DNA of 64,000 nucleotides, taken from the NCBI RefSeq assembly GCF_009914755.1, contig NC_060928.1; one strand, given 5' to 3'. Origin of the DNA: the human T2T-CHM13v2.0 reference genome, Homo sapiens. Position numbers and translations under genes: made by a program. Positions 1-13,108 of this stretch are shown here, in pieces. A model generated the notes under the pieces. It saw only the letters and a list, made by a program, of their open reading frames with translations. It did not search any database and had not been told where the DNA came from. The stretch's first letter is position 1; every line of letters begins with the position of its first letter.

Positions 1-10
1 AAATTTTTGG

Positions 11-320
11 TCTGTGCTCAAATACCACTTTCTCAGAGATTCCTTGTCTTCACCACTCTATAAAATAGTACACCATGCTCCCCATTCCCACACCTCACAT
101 TGCTCTCCCATTTATTCAGCCTTAATTTATTTCTACAGAGTAGAGCTTATCACCACCTGACATACATTGTCATTGCTGTTAGTTTCTTGTCGTTCTCATG
201 CCATCCGAATGAACAAGCCATGAGTTCAGGGACTTCGTTATTATGTTCACCGGCATACCACTGGCAACTAGAACAGTGCCTGGCATGTAGTAGATGCAAA
301 ACATGTATTTTTTAAATAAA
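11..320 (+). mobile_element. LINE-2 (L2a-like) 3' fragment
   Basis: Typical L2 3' end ...ctagaacagtgcctggcatgtagtagatgc...tttaaataaa; boundaries approximate. Confidence 0.75.
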
Positions 321-531
321 TTAAAAAAAAATGGATAATGGCATTAAAGTGCCATATTGTTTCTTGCTTTATTGCATATTAATTATGTTGGAAAGACTAC
401 TAATTTAAGCTCCTTACACAGCCCCCAAAGTTTGTATTTTCCCTAGCTTTCCAGTTTAATAAGTTGTCTTTTTATTTCCTTTCTTGTCTCCCATGCTTAT
501 GATTGCTAGGCTTGGGCAACTTAGAGATTCC

Positions 532-886
532 AGTGGTTCTCTGCATACATATAACTGTCATGCATCTGTGCCTTAGCTCATACCATTCCCTCTGCCTGAG
601 ATACCCTTTCCTCTGCTTTTGCTTCTTTACCTGGATAACTGTGCCAGCTCTTCAAGATTTAGTTTGTACCTCATGTTTCCCTCAAAGTCTCCATGACCTT
701 CCTGGCTGGGGAAGGTGATTCTTCTCTGTGCTTTAATTTTACCCCGTGAATTTTCAGTATCTGTTTTTTGCCTCCTTGCTTTTAAGCTACTTGAGAGAAG
801 AAATGAGTTCTTCATATCTATATTTCTGGAATCTCCCACAGTACCTGGAATGCAATAGGAACTCAGTAAATGTTTGTTGAACTGAA
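532..886 (+). mobile_element. LINE-2 (L2c-like) 3' fragment
   Basis: ccattccctctgcctgagatacc...cacagtacctggaatgcaataggaactcagtaaatgtttgttgaactgaa matches the L2 3' terminus. Confidence 0.75.
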
Positions 887-1562
887 AGAAAACATGTTTG
901 AAATTTCAGATGGTTTATTTCTTAACTGATCTGAACTGTTTCCTTGAAATTGACAACTAACTTTTTGGCAAGTTTTATAAGATCTTCAATCCATTAACAA
1001 AGGCAGACATTTTCATGGCTGTTTTGTTTTTCATTTCTCAAAAGAAACCATTCTTAAAAATTGATTTGAGCAAGAGGAGAGGTTAAGTGGTCTGGATGAG
1101 GGAAAGATGGAAAGGAATGCAGATGCAAACGACCCCTCCCCTAATCATGTTTTCCCATTGCACATCTCAATTATCTGGGGATCTGTATTCAATGAGTGAG
1201 TTTTTGCTTTTGCTTTTTCTTCTTCTGCCTGCATCCTGAGAACTGATCCCTGGAGATGAGAAAGGAATTTGAGTAAAATGTGAAGTTGTCTTTTAGATCT
1301 TGAGAATACTCTGGTAAAAGATTCAACCAAAATGAAGATTTTGGATTATGTGTCGTTTTCATTTATATTTGTTGCTTTGGATACTTTTTACTAGGGATAA
1401 TTCAGAGTTGGCTGAACACATCAACTATCCAACTAAATATACCCTCTGAGGAAAATTTATTCTTTGCACTCCTTTGCCTTTTTATTGTGATGAAAAGAAA
1501 AAAAAAACAACCAGAGATTCAACGGGCTGTAACTTTAATAGGTCATTCCAGCCAGTGCTTAC

Positions 1563-1648
1563 CTTCACAAAATTCTGATAATACACGGAAGACAATACAG
1601 TGATCAAAAGCAGTGATGAGATTTTTTAGCAGCATTAACCGTCATGAC
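1563..1648 (-). other. Candidate non-coding internal exon (86 nt)
   Basis: Minus strand: ctgac...ccattttctttcattttgctAG acceptor and AAG|GTAAGC donor in non-repeat DNA; stops in all three frames. Confidence 0.3.
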
Positions 1649-3974
1649 CTAGCAAAATGAAAGAAAATGGTTTAACAGAACTGTCAGCTTCAATATAGCT
1701 AATAAAGGCATGGATAAATGTTTATTACATACCGGAGACAGATCATTTCTGTACAGAAATTGAGGATGACCTTTACTGATAACTCTTATCTGCCTGATAT
1801 CCTGAGAGAGAGGAAAAGAGAGGGGTAAGAGAGAAGCATATTTACTGATATTTGTGAAAGGAGAAATTATCATTTGCAAATAAAACATTTTAACAGTGAT
1901 TATCTCAAGTCACCCTCTTGCCCTCACTTCCACCCCGACAGACATACCTCATGAAGGTATAGTAGCGATTCCTCTCTAGGGGACCAAATGTGCCTGAAAG
2001 TGGTTTTGGTAAATTCAGGGAAATTCTAACTAAACTCACTGTCTTAAAAAGTAAAGAATAGGAGCACATAGATATGAATAATTGTATTGTTAACTTTGAC
2101 TTTTATTCTATGATATTACAAAGATATTGCAATTATATAACACTCTTTCAATAAAATGGTCTCAATTATAACTATGGGTTTCAAAGGAATTAATAATAAT
2201 AAACTCATGTCCCTTCTGCCATGATAGACAAATTAGCTGATATCCATAACATGTTTAGAACTTTCAAAATATGTTGTTATTTAAATACCACTAATTTTTG
2301 GTAGGATTAGTTTTGTTCTTGCTGTGAAATTGTTAGTGGTGGTGATGGCAGAAGGGTTTTATTTTGCTTTATATTTTTTCTTTTTCATTCAAAGAGGAGA
2401 TTTTTTGATAACTTAGTTCAAACTGTTTATAATTTAAGTTGAATTGTTATCAAAACTGTAAGTGAACATTTGATGCAATAATTTGGGTAATTTAGGGAAG
2501 AAAAAGTAAAAGATTTGCCTGAAATATTTAAACCCTAAGCTTGTTTTTTGTTTAGAGACACATGTCAAATCTTATTATTATATTGTTCCTGGAATAGTTC
2601 TGTGCATCTGGTGGCTGCCCAGTACATTTTAATTAATGACAGTATTTATGACAGAAACGGAAATCTTAGACATTTGGGGATTTTCCTACATATTCTCGTT
2701 TTCGGATATGTTTATATATAGGACTAGTTTCACTCTAAACTTAAATTTTTCTCCAGAAGGCATAAAACCTAACATGCAGAGTAAAGAACAGACATGTGCT
2801 GAATGAAATTCATTTGACATTGAAATGGACCATTCTTGTTTTTAAATTATATTTGATTTAATAATAGAGGTGGCACTAAATAACCCCATATCATCTTAGC
2901 TCTATGGCTAAAGAAAATGTATTTTCTTTTTACTTTTTCTTTGTATGTTTTAAACAAGCTGCCAACAACTATTTTATACACCTAGTATATAGAGGCTCTG
3001 CTAAAGGGTTAGTTGAATTGAGGAGCCATCATAGGCATTTTATGCTTAGAAAAAGAAAGTGTCTCTTCTCTCACTCTTTCAGCTGCAGCTGTCATGAGTT
3101 CCCTTGTCCCATGTGGGCTGCTCTGAGTCACTGACTCTGCCACTATTAAGATAAGATGAGTTTTCCAGAATGTCGAGGGGGCTTGTTTGGCATTTAATAT
3201 TGAATATAGATTCCATTGAGGCTGAAAAAGAAAAAAACAAACAAAATCTTGCAGATGAGGGAAAACAACAGTTTGTGCCTTGTCATAACCGTGTAATTTT
3301 ATGCCTCTGACCCAGTTTCCACACCAACTTTTCCTCTAAGTACTATTTTTCTCTTGACATACAGGAATTGTTGGGGACACACACATACACACACAGAGAG
3401 AAAGAGGGAGAGCAAGTACAAGCATCAAACACTAAAATCTATCTATAGCCTCTCTTTGATCCTGATAGTTGAGTTAGTGTAGAAATTATAAGTTTGCAAA
3501 TACCTGGTAGAAGAAAGGAACTAGAAAGAAGTCTTTTAACTATTTTCGTCTATAACCTTAAACTATCATTTGTTAGCTCTATAAAGAACAATAAAGATAA
3601 AGCTGTAATTTGATGAAGTATTTTGATGAATAATAATTAAATATTTACTGTGAAAGTTTCTCAATAGAATACCTTGTTTTTTAGATTCATAATTTTCTGT
3701 GTTATTCCAATTTGGTGTCCAAATCATGTGATAAAAATTAGGTTGACTGCTTTTTGTGCTTATGTAAAATTAAAAGCCTTGAAAATCTATTTAGATTTTA
3801 TTTAATTTGTAAAAGATTTTTTCCAGTGCATGTTTATGAATGCTTTGTCAGGATGGATTAGTTAACCAAACCAGTATATATGCCTGACAAAGGATCACAG
3901 ATTATGGGGCCATGTTTGTGATAAATGTTAATCAAAAACTGTATTTGCTGTATGTCCTGGATATACTTTTTTTA

Positions 3975-4198
3975 CTTTACCAGCACCTTATATAGCCCTT
4001 ATTATAGGCTGTTTTAAGCACATCCTGCCTGTACTAACTCATTTAATCCTAACTACATGCTTATTTTATCCATGAGAAAACAGGCACGGAGGACTTATGT
4101 AACTTGTTGAAGTTTGTATAGCTAGTAGAGGTGGAGCCAGAGCTTTACCCAGGGGGTCTGAGAAGCTTGTTCTTCATCACTGTGCATCACTGCCTCTC
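3975..4198 (-). mobile_element. MIR SINE
   Basis: Reverse MIR core: ctcatttaatcct...gagaaaacaggcacggagg...gtaacttg...gctagtagaggtggagccag. Confidence 0.8.
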
Positions 4199-4494
4199 AA
4201 GTACCAAGGGATTAGAATTGGGGTAATTATATGGTACAGTCCATGTGGCTTTCAGAGGTGTGATCTGAGTACCAACTTTGTAAATAGAATTAAGTGATTG
4301 AAAAATATTAATAGCTCTTATTCTTTTAATGCTTGAAGGAGAAAAGGAAGGTAAGCATAAATAATACATATTTACACTTATCTGTGCTTCTAGGGTAGGA
4401 GTGTAGGTGAAAAAAAAAGTCCCTTTGCCACCTACTTTTCTTCTAGTGTTTCTTGTATGGAAATACTTCACGTTTCCTCTCCACATTTCCTGTA

Positions 4495-4791
4495 TGGTTC
4501 CAGGACCCCCAAGGATACCAAGTTCAAGGATGCTCAAGTCGCTTATATAAAATGGCATAGTATTTGCATATAACCTACACATGCTCTCTCACATGTTTTA
4601 AACCATCTCTAGATTACTTATAATACCTAATACCATGTAAATTCTATGTAAATAGTTGTTATACTATGTTTCAAAATTTATATTTTTTATTGTTATATTG
4701 TTACTTTTAATTGTTTTCCCCCGATTATTTTTGATCTGTGGTTGGTTGAATCTGTGGATGCGAAACTCATGGGTACAAAGGTCTGGCTGTA
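4495..4791 (+). mobile_element. MER2/MER2B (TcMar-Tigger non-autonomous DNA transposon), 5' TIR missing
   Basis: tggttccaggaccccc...ggatgctcaagtc...tatttgcatataacctac...gttggttgaatctgtggatgcgaaac...ggctgTA. Confidence 0.85.
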
Positions 4792-4819
4792 CTTGCCTTT
4801 CTTCCAGTCTATTTCTTCT

Positions 4820-7800
4820 ACTCAAGGAACTAGGAAAGCAAGAACAAACCAAATCCAAGATTAGTTGAGGAAAGAAATAATAAATATCAGAGCAGAAATA
4901 AATGAAATGGAGACTGAAAAAATACAGAAGATCAACGAAATGAAAAGTTGGCTTTTTGAAAAGATAAAATCATCAACAAACTTTCAGCTAGACTAAGAAA
5001 AAAGGGGAGAAGACCCAAATAAATAAAATCAGAAACGAAAAAGGAGATATAAGAACTGAGACCACAGAAATACAAAGAATCATTAGAGATTATTATGATC
5101 AATTTGTACACCAACAAGCTGGGAAACTCAGAAGAAATGGATAGATTCCTGGATGCACACAACCTACCAGATTGAACCATGAAGAAATACAAAACCTCAA
5201 CAAAAAAATGAGAAATGATATTAAAGCCATAATAAAAAGTGTCCTATCAAAGAAGTCTAGGACCTGATGACTTCACTGCCGAATTCTACTAAACATTTAA
5301 AGAAGAACTAATATTAACTACACTAAAACTCTTCAACAAAAATTGAAGAGGAGGGGATACTTCCAAACTCATTGGACAAGGCCAGCATTATCCTGAAACT
5401 AAACCAGACAAGGACACGACAAAAAAGAAAATTACAGGTCAAAGTCGCTGATGAACATAGATGCAAAAATCCTCAGTAAGAAACCAGCCAACTGAATCCA
5501 ACAACATGTAAAAGAGATCATTCACCATGATCAAATAAGATTCATCCCAGAGATGCAAGGCTGGTTTAACATACATAAATCAATAACATGATACATCACA
5601 CTCAGAGAACCAAAAAGAAAAACCATATGATCATTTCAATAGATACTGAAAAAAGCATTCAATAAAGTTCAACATTCTTTTATAATAAAAACACTCAAAA
5701 CACTGGGTATAGAAAGAACATACCTCAAAATAATAAAAACTACATATGACAAACTCACAGCAAACATTGTACTGATTGGGGAAAAATTGAAATCCTTTCC
5801 TCTAATATCTGGGACAAGACAATGATGCCCATTTTTACCACTTTTATTCAATATAATAATGGAAGTCTTGGCCAGAATGATTTGGCAAAAGAAAGAAAGA
5901 AATGGCATCCAAATTGGAAAGGCAGAAGTCAAATCAGTTTTGTTCACAGATGACATGGTCTTGTACTTAGAAAAACCGAAAGACTCTACCAAAAACTATT
6001 AGGACTGATAAATTCAGTAAAGTTGCAGGATGCAAAGCCAATGTGGAAAAATAAGTAGCATTTATATATGCCAACAGTGAAATGAAAAAAAGAAATCAAG
6101 AAAGCAATCCCATTTACAATAGCTACAAAGAATATAAAATATCTAAGAATTAATTTAATCAAACTAAATGAAAGATCTATACAAGTAAATCTGTATAAAA
6201 CACTGATGAAAGAAATTGAAGGGGACACACAAGAAAGAAGAAAGCTATTCCATGTTCATGGATTAGAAAAATTAATATTCTTAAAATAGCAACTCTACAC
6301 AAGGAAATTTATAGATTCAATGCAATTCCTATCAAAATACCAATGACATTCTTCACAGAAATAGAAAAAAAGTCCTAAAATTCTTATGAAACCACAAAAT
6401 GACCCAGAATAGTCAAAACATCCTGCACATAAAGCTCAAAAGTGGAGGAATCACATTATCTGACTTCAAATTATACTACAGAACCAGCATGGCACTGGTA
6501 TAAAAACAGACTCATAGACCAATGGAACAGAATACAGAACATAGATTTGAATCCATGCATTTACAGCCAACTCTTTTGATTAAAACACTAAGAGCAATAC
6601 AATGGAGAAAGATCAATCTCTTTAATAATGGTGCTGAGAAAACTGGATGACCATATGCAGAATGAAACTAGACCCCTGTGTCTCACCATATACAAAAATC
6701 AAATTAAAATGTTGATTAAAGACTTAAAACTATGAAACTACTGGAAGAAGACATTGGAGAAGCACTCCATGACATTGGACTGGGTAAAAGTTTTTTGTTG
6801 TAAAATCTCAAAAGCACTGACAACCAAAGTAAAAATAGACAAATGAAATTACATCAAGCAAAAAGCTTCTTTACAGCAAAGGGAACAATCAACAAAGTTA
6901 AGAGACAAGCTACAGAATGGGGGACAATATTTGTAAACTATCCATCTGACAAGGGATTAATAACCAGAATATATATGGAGCTCAAACAACTCAATAGCTA
7001 AAAACCCAAAAATTCCAATTAAAAATGGGCAAAAGATCTAAATAAAGCATTTCTCAAAATGAGACATACAAATGTCCAATAAATAAATGAAAAATGCTCA
7101 ACATCACTAAACATCACAGAAATGCACATAAGGACTACAATTAAATATTATCTCCTCCTAGTTAAAATGGTTTTTATAAAAAAGACAGGCAATCATGGGT
7201 GCTGGTGAAGATGTGGAAGAAAGGGAAACTCTTGTACACGGTTGGTGAAAATGTAAATGGTAAAGCCACTGTGGAATACAGTATGGAGGTTCCTCAAAAA
7301 ACTAAAAATATAACCACCATATGATCCAACAATTCCACTTCTGGGTAAATATTCCAACATAATATCAAAGAGATATCTACACTCTCATGTTTACTTCAGC
7401 ATTATTCATAATAGACAAAATATGGAATCAACCTAAGTTCCCATCAGTGTCCCTAACGGGAAATAATATGTAGTACATATACACAATAGAATATTATTCA
7501 GCCATAAAAACTAATGAAACGCTGTCAGTTACAGCAATGCTGAAGGTCATTATATTAAGTGAAAAAAGCAAAGCTCAGAAAGACAAATATTACATCTTCT
7601 CACTCATATGTGGGAGCTAAAAAAGTAGATCTCAGGAAGATAGAGTATATTGGTGGTTACTAGAGGCCAGGAAGGGTAGAGGAGGTGGTGAAGAGGGGTT
7701 ATTTAGTGGGTACAAATATACAGTTTTTATAGAAGAAATAGGACCCAGTGTTTCATAGATCAGTAGTATGACTATAGTTTAATATAATCTACTGTATATT

Positions 7801-7945
7801 TAAAAATACCTAGAAGAGAATTCAAATGTTTCTAGCATAAATAAAAGACAAATATTTTAAGGTGATGCATATCCCAATTATACTAATTTGATCTTTAAAA
7901 ATTACAGGAGTGCATTAAATTATTACTTGTACCCCCCAAAAGTAT
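4820..7945 (+). mobile_element. 5'-truncated LINE-1, L1MA3-like (degenerate ORF2 + 3'UTR)
   Basis: Continuous ORF2-homologous sequence with many stops (RT motif ttcacagatgacatg at ~5943); L1MA-type 3'UTR gatcagtagtatgactatagtt...aggtgatgcatatcccaatt. Confidence 0.9.
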
Positions 7946-8099
7946 TTCAGCTATTTTTAAAAGTTTATTGCTACTTATAATGTTTAGAAAAATGTTTTTA
8001 AGTTCCAAAAACCAAACTAAACCAAACCAAAACTCAACGTGGAAAATAAAAACAAGATACTATTTGGAGAGTATCTTTAACCTAGATTATATTTATAAT

Positions 8100-9400
8100 T
8101 TAATATGAAAAAAATTAAACATTGTAAAAATTCAGTCTTGCTATTATATATAACAAATTATTTTTATCTTTTCCTCAGTAAAATTTAAAACTTTTATGGG
8201 TAGGAATTTCTCACATATCATGTTAGGGTTATTTATAGGTATTTAATATTTTCGGTTTATTGAGTGTTGAATTTTTTTTAGTTTTACAAATAAAAATTAT
8301 ATATATTTATCAAGTACAACAAGATGTTTTGAAATATGTATATATCAGCAATGGCTAAATTGAGCTAGGTAACATATGCATTAGTTCACATATTTATGAT
8401 TTTTCTGTGGTGAGAACACTTGAAATCTATTCTCCTAACAATTTCCAGAATACAAGATGAAAATTGAATATTTTTCGGTGGTTAGTGTTGGTATGTTGGA
8501 ACGTCCTTGAATGTATGTATACTTTATAAGTGGCCATCGTATTGAATTCTTGTATTACTTTTATACATTTTTTCGGTGAATCTCTTGGTATTTTCTTAAA
8601 ATGCATCTTCCAGAAAAGATCTTTTTTGCCTTTCCAGCAGTCATACCTCTTATTTGTTTATTTTTGTTTCATTGTATTGATTCAAATTTCCATGACAGTG
8701 TTCATAACAGTTCTGATATACTCATTCAACTTGAATGGAAATCTTTCTATTGTTTTGCCATTATGTGAAGTGTCATCTTTAATTTGAGATTTACTTCTTC
8801 AACATATTAAGAAATAAGTTGTTTATTCATAGTTTCAAATGTGTAAGTCAGAACTGTATCTCTTTATCTAATGCCTTTCTGGCCATTGATTAAAATGTAT
8901 ATATAGTTTTCCTGTTTTTGCTTATTTCTGTGATAAAACAATGTTAGGATACTGAATAATAATTGAATTCTTTTAAGACATCTTGCTTGGTCAGAGTAGG
9001 ATTTTGTTTTGTAGTTTTATGTGGATTTAATATTGTTACCAAATTTTAACTTTATTTTTTTACTAACTTGACTAAATAAATTATGTTTTTCTGTGCTATG
9101 GAACAGACACGATCAGTTCCTGAACAGATTGGAAGGAACTTCCCCATAAAACTGTCTTTGGGAATTAAATCTTTGGAAATCTAAAAATGTACCTTTTTCT
9201 TATTTTCTAGAACTTTGTGTCCTCGATTTTGATCATTTACATATTTTCTTGTAAAGTGTTCAATATCATAAGGGTTTTAAAATTAATTTTCATAAAATTA
9301 TTGATACATTTTTTTCTATAGAAATTATTTCAAGTTTTCTATTTTTTAAATTAATTTTGGTAGTGATTTTTTTTAGAAAACTGGTGATTTGTGAAGATTA
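8100..9400 (-). mobile_element. Highly diverged L1M (L1ME-like) ORF2 fragments
   Basis: T-rich decayed antisense ORF2-like sequence; boundaries approximate. Confidence 0.5.
8275..8457 (-). mobile_element. L1MA6/7-like 3' end fragment
   Basis: gtacaacaagatgttttgaaatatgta...atggctaaattgagcta...gtggtgagaacacttgaaatcta. Confidence 0.7.
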
Positions 9401-10145
9401 TTTTAAAATAAGCTTTATTGACATATAACTTAGGTGGAATAAATTCATTCTTTAAAGTTTGATGCGTTTTGGCAAACATATACATGATCATATCCATAGT
9501 TAAGATATTGAACAGTTCCATCATGCCAGTAAGTTTCTTTTTACCCCCTTTTAACCAATACCCACATCCCTCACCCCATCAGTGTTTGTTCTACTTTTAT
9601 AACTATAAACTAGTTTTGCCTATTCTAGAATTTCATAGAAATGAAATCATTCAGTATGTAGTCTTTTTAGTCTGGTTTCCTTCATGTAGCGTAATGCTTT
9701 TTAAGTCTTCCACATTATTCTGTATATTAGAAGCTAGTTCCATTTTATTGCTGAGTAGCATTACATTATATGATATACCACAATTTCCTTGGCCATATCC
9801 CTGTTTATGGGCATTTGAAATGTTTCCAGTTTTCAGTTATTATAAAATTGCTTAAAATATTTGAGCACAAATCTTTGTGTAAACATCTCTTCACATACCA
9901 AGTGGAATTCCTAGTCCATATGGTAAGTGTATATTTACCTTTTTAAAGAAATTATCAAACTGGTTTCTAAAGTGATTTTTAACATTCAGATTTCTACGGC
10001 AATATACATGCGAATTCCAGTGGTTACATATCACCACTAACACTTGGTATTGTCATATGTATTTAGCTATTCTAGTGATTGTATAGTGGTATTTCATTCT
10101 GGTTCTAATTTGTATTTCTCTGATGATTAAAGATGCTAAGCATCT
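9401..10145 (-). mobile_element. L1ME1/L1MD-like 3' end
   Basis: agctttattgacatataact...ttttgcctattctagaatttcatagaaatgaaatcattcagtatgta. Confidence 0.7.
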
Positions 10146-10147
10146 AC

Positions 10148-10740
10148 TTTAAAATCAGCTTTATTAAGGCATAATTTGTATAACAAGTTATACATATTGC
10201 AGGCATACAATTTGATAAGTTTTAACGTATGTATACATTCATTAAACCATCACATAATCAAGATAACGAACATGTGTATACCCTAAAAGTTGCCTTGTGC
10301 AACTTCAAAATAATTTTTCCCTCCTGACATCTATCCCCAGGCAACCACTAATCTTTCTTTTACTATAAACAGTTTGAATGTTCTAGAATTATATATAAGT
10401 TGAGTCAAATATTATGTACTTTTGTTTTTCACTCAGCATAATTATTTTAATTTTTATCCACATTGTGTGTATAATAGTTCATATCTTTTTATTTTGGGGT
10501 AGTTGTACACTGTATGTCCATACCGCAATTTATTTCTCCATTCACCTGATGATTGGCATTTGGATTGTTTCCACTTTTTAGCTATTGCAAATAAATTGCT
10601 ACAAACATTTGTTTTCAAGTCTTTATATAGACACATGCTTTCATTTCTCTTTCATAAATACATAGGAGCAAAATGACTAGGTCATGTGCTAGGAGTATGT
10701 TTAGCTTTTTAAGAAACTGCCAATACAGTTTTTCAGGGTG
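10148..10740 (-). mobile_element. L1MB7/8-like 3' end (left part; interrupted by an L1PA)
   Basis: cagctttattaaggcataattt...ccccaggcaaccactaatct...ttttaagaaactgccaa; resumes after ~12590. Confidence 0.7.
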
Positions 10741-12575
10741 GCTGCTAGATGACATGATCTTATATGTAGAAAATCCCATAGTCTCATCCCAAAAGCTTCC
10801 TAAGCTGATAAACAATTTCAGCAAAGTCTCAGAATACAAAAAATCAGTATGCAAAAATCACTAGCATTCCTATACATCAACAACAGTCAAGCTGAGAGCC
10901 AAATTAGGAACAAACTCCCATTCACAATTGCCACCAAAAGAATAAAATACCCAGGAATACAGCTAACTAGGAAGGTGAAAGATCTCTACAAGGAAAATTA
11001 CAAACCACTGCTCAGAGAAATCAGACATAACAAAAACAAATTGGAAAACATTCCATGATCATGGATAGGAAGAATCAATATCGTTAAAATGATCATACCA
11101 CCCAAAGCAATTTATAGATTCAATGCTATTCCTATTAAAGTACCATACATTTTTCACAGAACTAGAGAAGACTATTTTAAACTTCATATAGAACCAAAAA
11201 AGAGCTTGAATAGCCAAGGCAATCCTAAACAAAAAGAGTGGAAGCTGGAGGCATCATGCTACCCAGCTTCAAACTATACTTCAGAACTATGGTAACCGAA
11301 ACAGCATGGCACTGGTACAAGAACAAACACATAGACCAATGAAACAGAATAGAGAACCCAGAAATAGGACTTCAAACCTACAACAATCTGATCTTTGACA
11401 AAACCTGACAAAAACAAGCAATGGAGAAAGGATTTCCTATTTAATAAATAGTGCTGGGAGAACTGGCTATCAATATGCAGAGAATTGAAGCTGCACCCCT
11501 TCCTTACACCACATAGAAAAATCAACTCAAGATGATTTCAGGGCTAAAATGTAAAACCCAAAACTACAAAAACCCTAGAAGAAACTCTAGGTAATACCAT
11601 TCAGGACACAGACATGGGCAAAGATTTCATAACGATAATGCCAAAAGGAATTGCAACAAAAGCAAAAATTTACAAATGGGATCTAATTAAACTAAGGAAC
11701 TTCTGCAAGGCAAAAGAAACTATCAACAGAATAAACAGCCTACAGAATGGGAGAAAATTCTTGCAATCTATGCATCTGATAAAAGTCTAATATCCAGCAT
11801 CTATAGGGAACTTAAATAAATTTACAAGGAAAAAAAACAACCCCATTAAAGAGTGGGCAAAGGACATGAACAGACACTTCTCCAAAGACGACATACATAT
11901 GGCCAACAAACATATAAAAGGAAGCTCAACATCACTAATCATAGAAAAAGGCAAGTAAAAACCACAGTGAGATACCATCTCATACCAGTCAGAATGGCAA
12001 TTACTAAAAAGTCAAAAAAGAATAGATGCTGGTGAGGTTGTGCAGAAAAAGGAATGCATTTACACTGTTGGTGATACATTCATGTGTATGTTCATTGGAC
12101 CGCTTTTCACAGTAGCAAAGACATGGATTCAACCTAAATGCCCAGCAATGATAGACTGGATAAAGCAAATGTGGTACATATACACCATGGAATACTATGC
12201 AGCCATAAAAAAATGAGATCATGTTCTTGTGGGAACATGGATGGAGCTGGAGGCTATTATCCTTGGCAAACTAATGCAGGAACAGAAAACCAAATACCAC
12301 CTGTTCTCATTTATAAGTGGGAGCTAAATGATGAGAACAGTTGGACACATAGAAGGGAACAACACACATTGGGGCCTTTTGGATGGTGGAGGTTGGAAGG
12401 AGGGAGAGCATCAGGAAAAATAAGTAATGGGTACTAGGCTCAATAAGTGGGTGATGAGATAGTCTATACAACAAACTTCCTTGACACAAGTTTACCTATG
12501 TAATAAATTTGTGCATGTCCCCAAAAGTTAAAAATAGATAAATATAAATAAAAAATGAAAAGAAAAACAACAACA
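10741..12575 (+). mobile_element. 5'-truncated L1PA (older, ~L1PA11-13) with small internal deletion at ~12073
   Basis: ORF2 RT/C-terminal peptides ([24 protein letters not shown]), L1PA 3'UTR and A-rich tail; tacactgttggtg is joined directly to atacattcatg. Confidence 0.9.
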
Positions 12576-12589
12576 AAGTGCTGCAGAAT

Positions 12590-13108
12590 ATGAGATTTCC
12601 CCATCAACACCAGCAGAATATAAGAATTCCTGTTGCTCTGCATCTTCAACAACACTTGGAAAGGTCAAGCTCTTTAATTTTAGTATTCTAATAGTATAGA
12701 GGAGTGTCACATTGTAGTTTTCCTTTGTTTGTCCGTAACTTAACAATTAATAATGTTGAGCATCTTTTCAAGTGTTTATTTGCAATTTGTATTTTCTTAG
12801 GTGAACTGTTTTTCAAATCTTTTGCCCATTAAATAATTGGATTGTTTCTTAGCTTATTATTGACTTTTGTGAGTTCTCTACATATTTGGGAAATAATTAG
12901 GTGACTTGCAAATACATTCTTCTAGTTTGTGGCCTTTAATTGTCTTAATAATGTCATAGCCACAGAAAAAACTTTTAGTTTTTATACAATCTGTTTTATC
13001 AATTGTTGTTTATGCATTGTGCCTTTGGTGTCATAGCTAAGAAATCTTTGGGTAACCGGAGCATACAAATATTTTCTCTTATTTTCATCTAGAAGGTCTG
13101 CAGTTTCA
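12590..13108 (-). mobile_element. L1MB7/8-like continuation
   Basis: accagcagaatataagaattcctgttgctctgcatcttc...ggtgtcatagctaagaaatctttg continues the element broken at 10740. Confidence 0.65.

Noticed and set aside
3061-3140. Pyrimidine tract + AG at 3082 and AP-1 TGAGTCA at 3124
   Set aside because: No matching donor downstream; isolated motifs are expected by chance
4187-4582. 131-aa minus-strand ORF
   Set aside because: Starts within MER2 and ends in MIR; no splice or homology support
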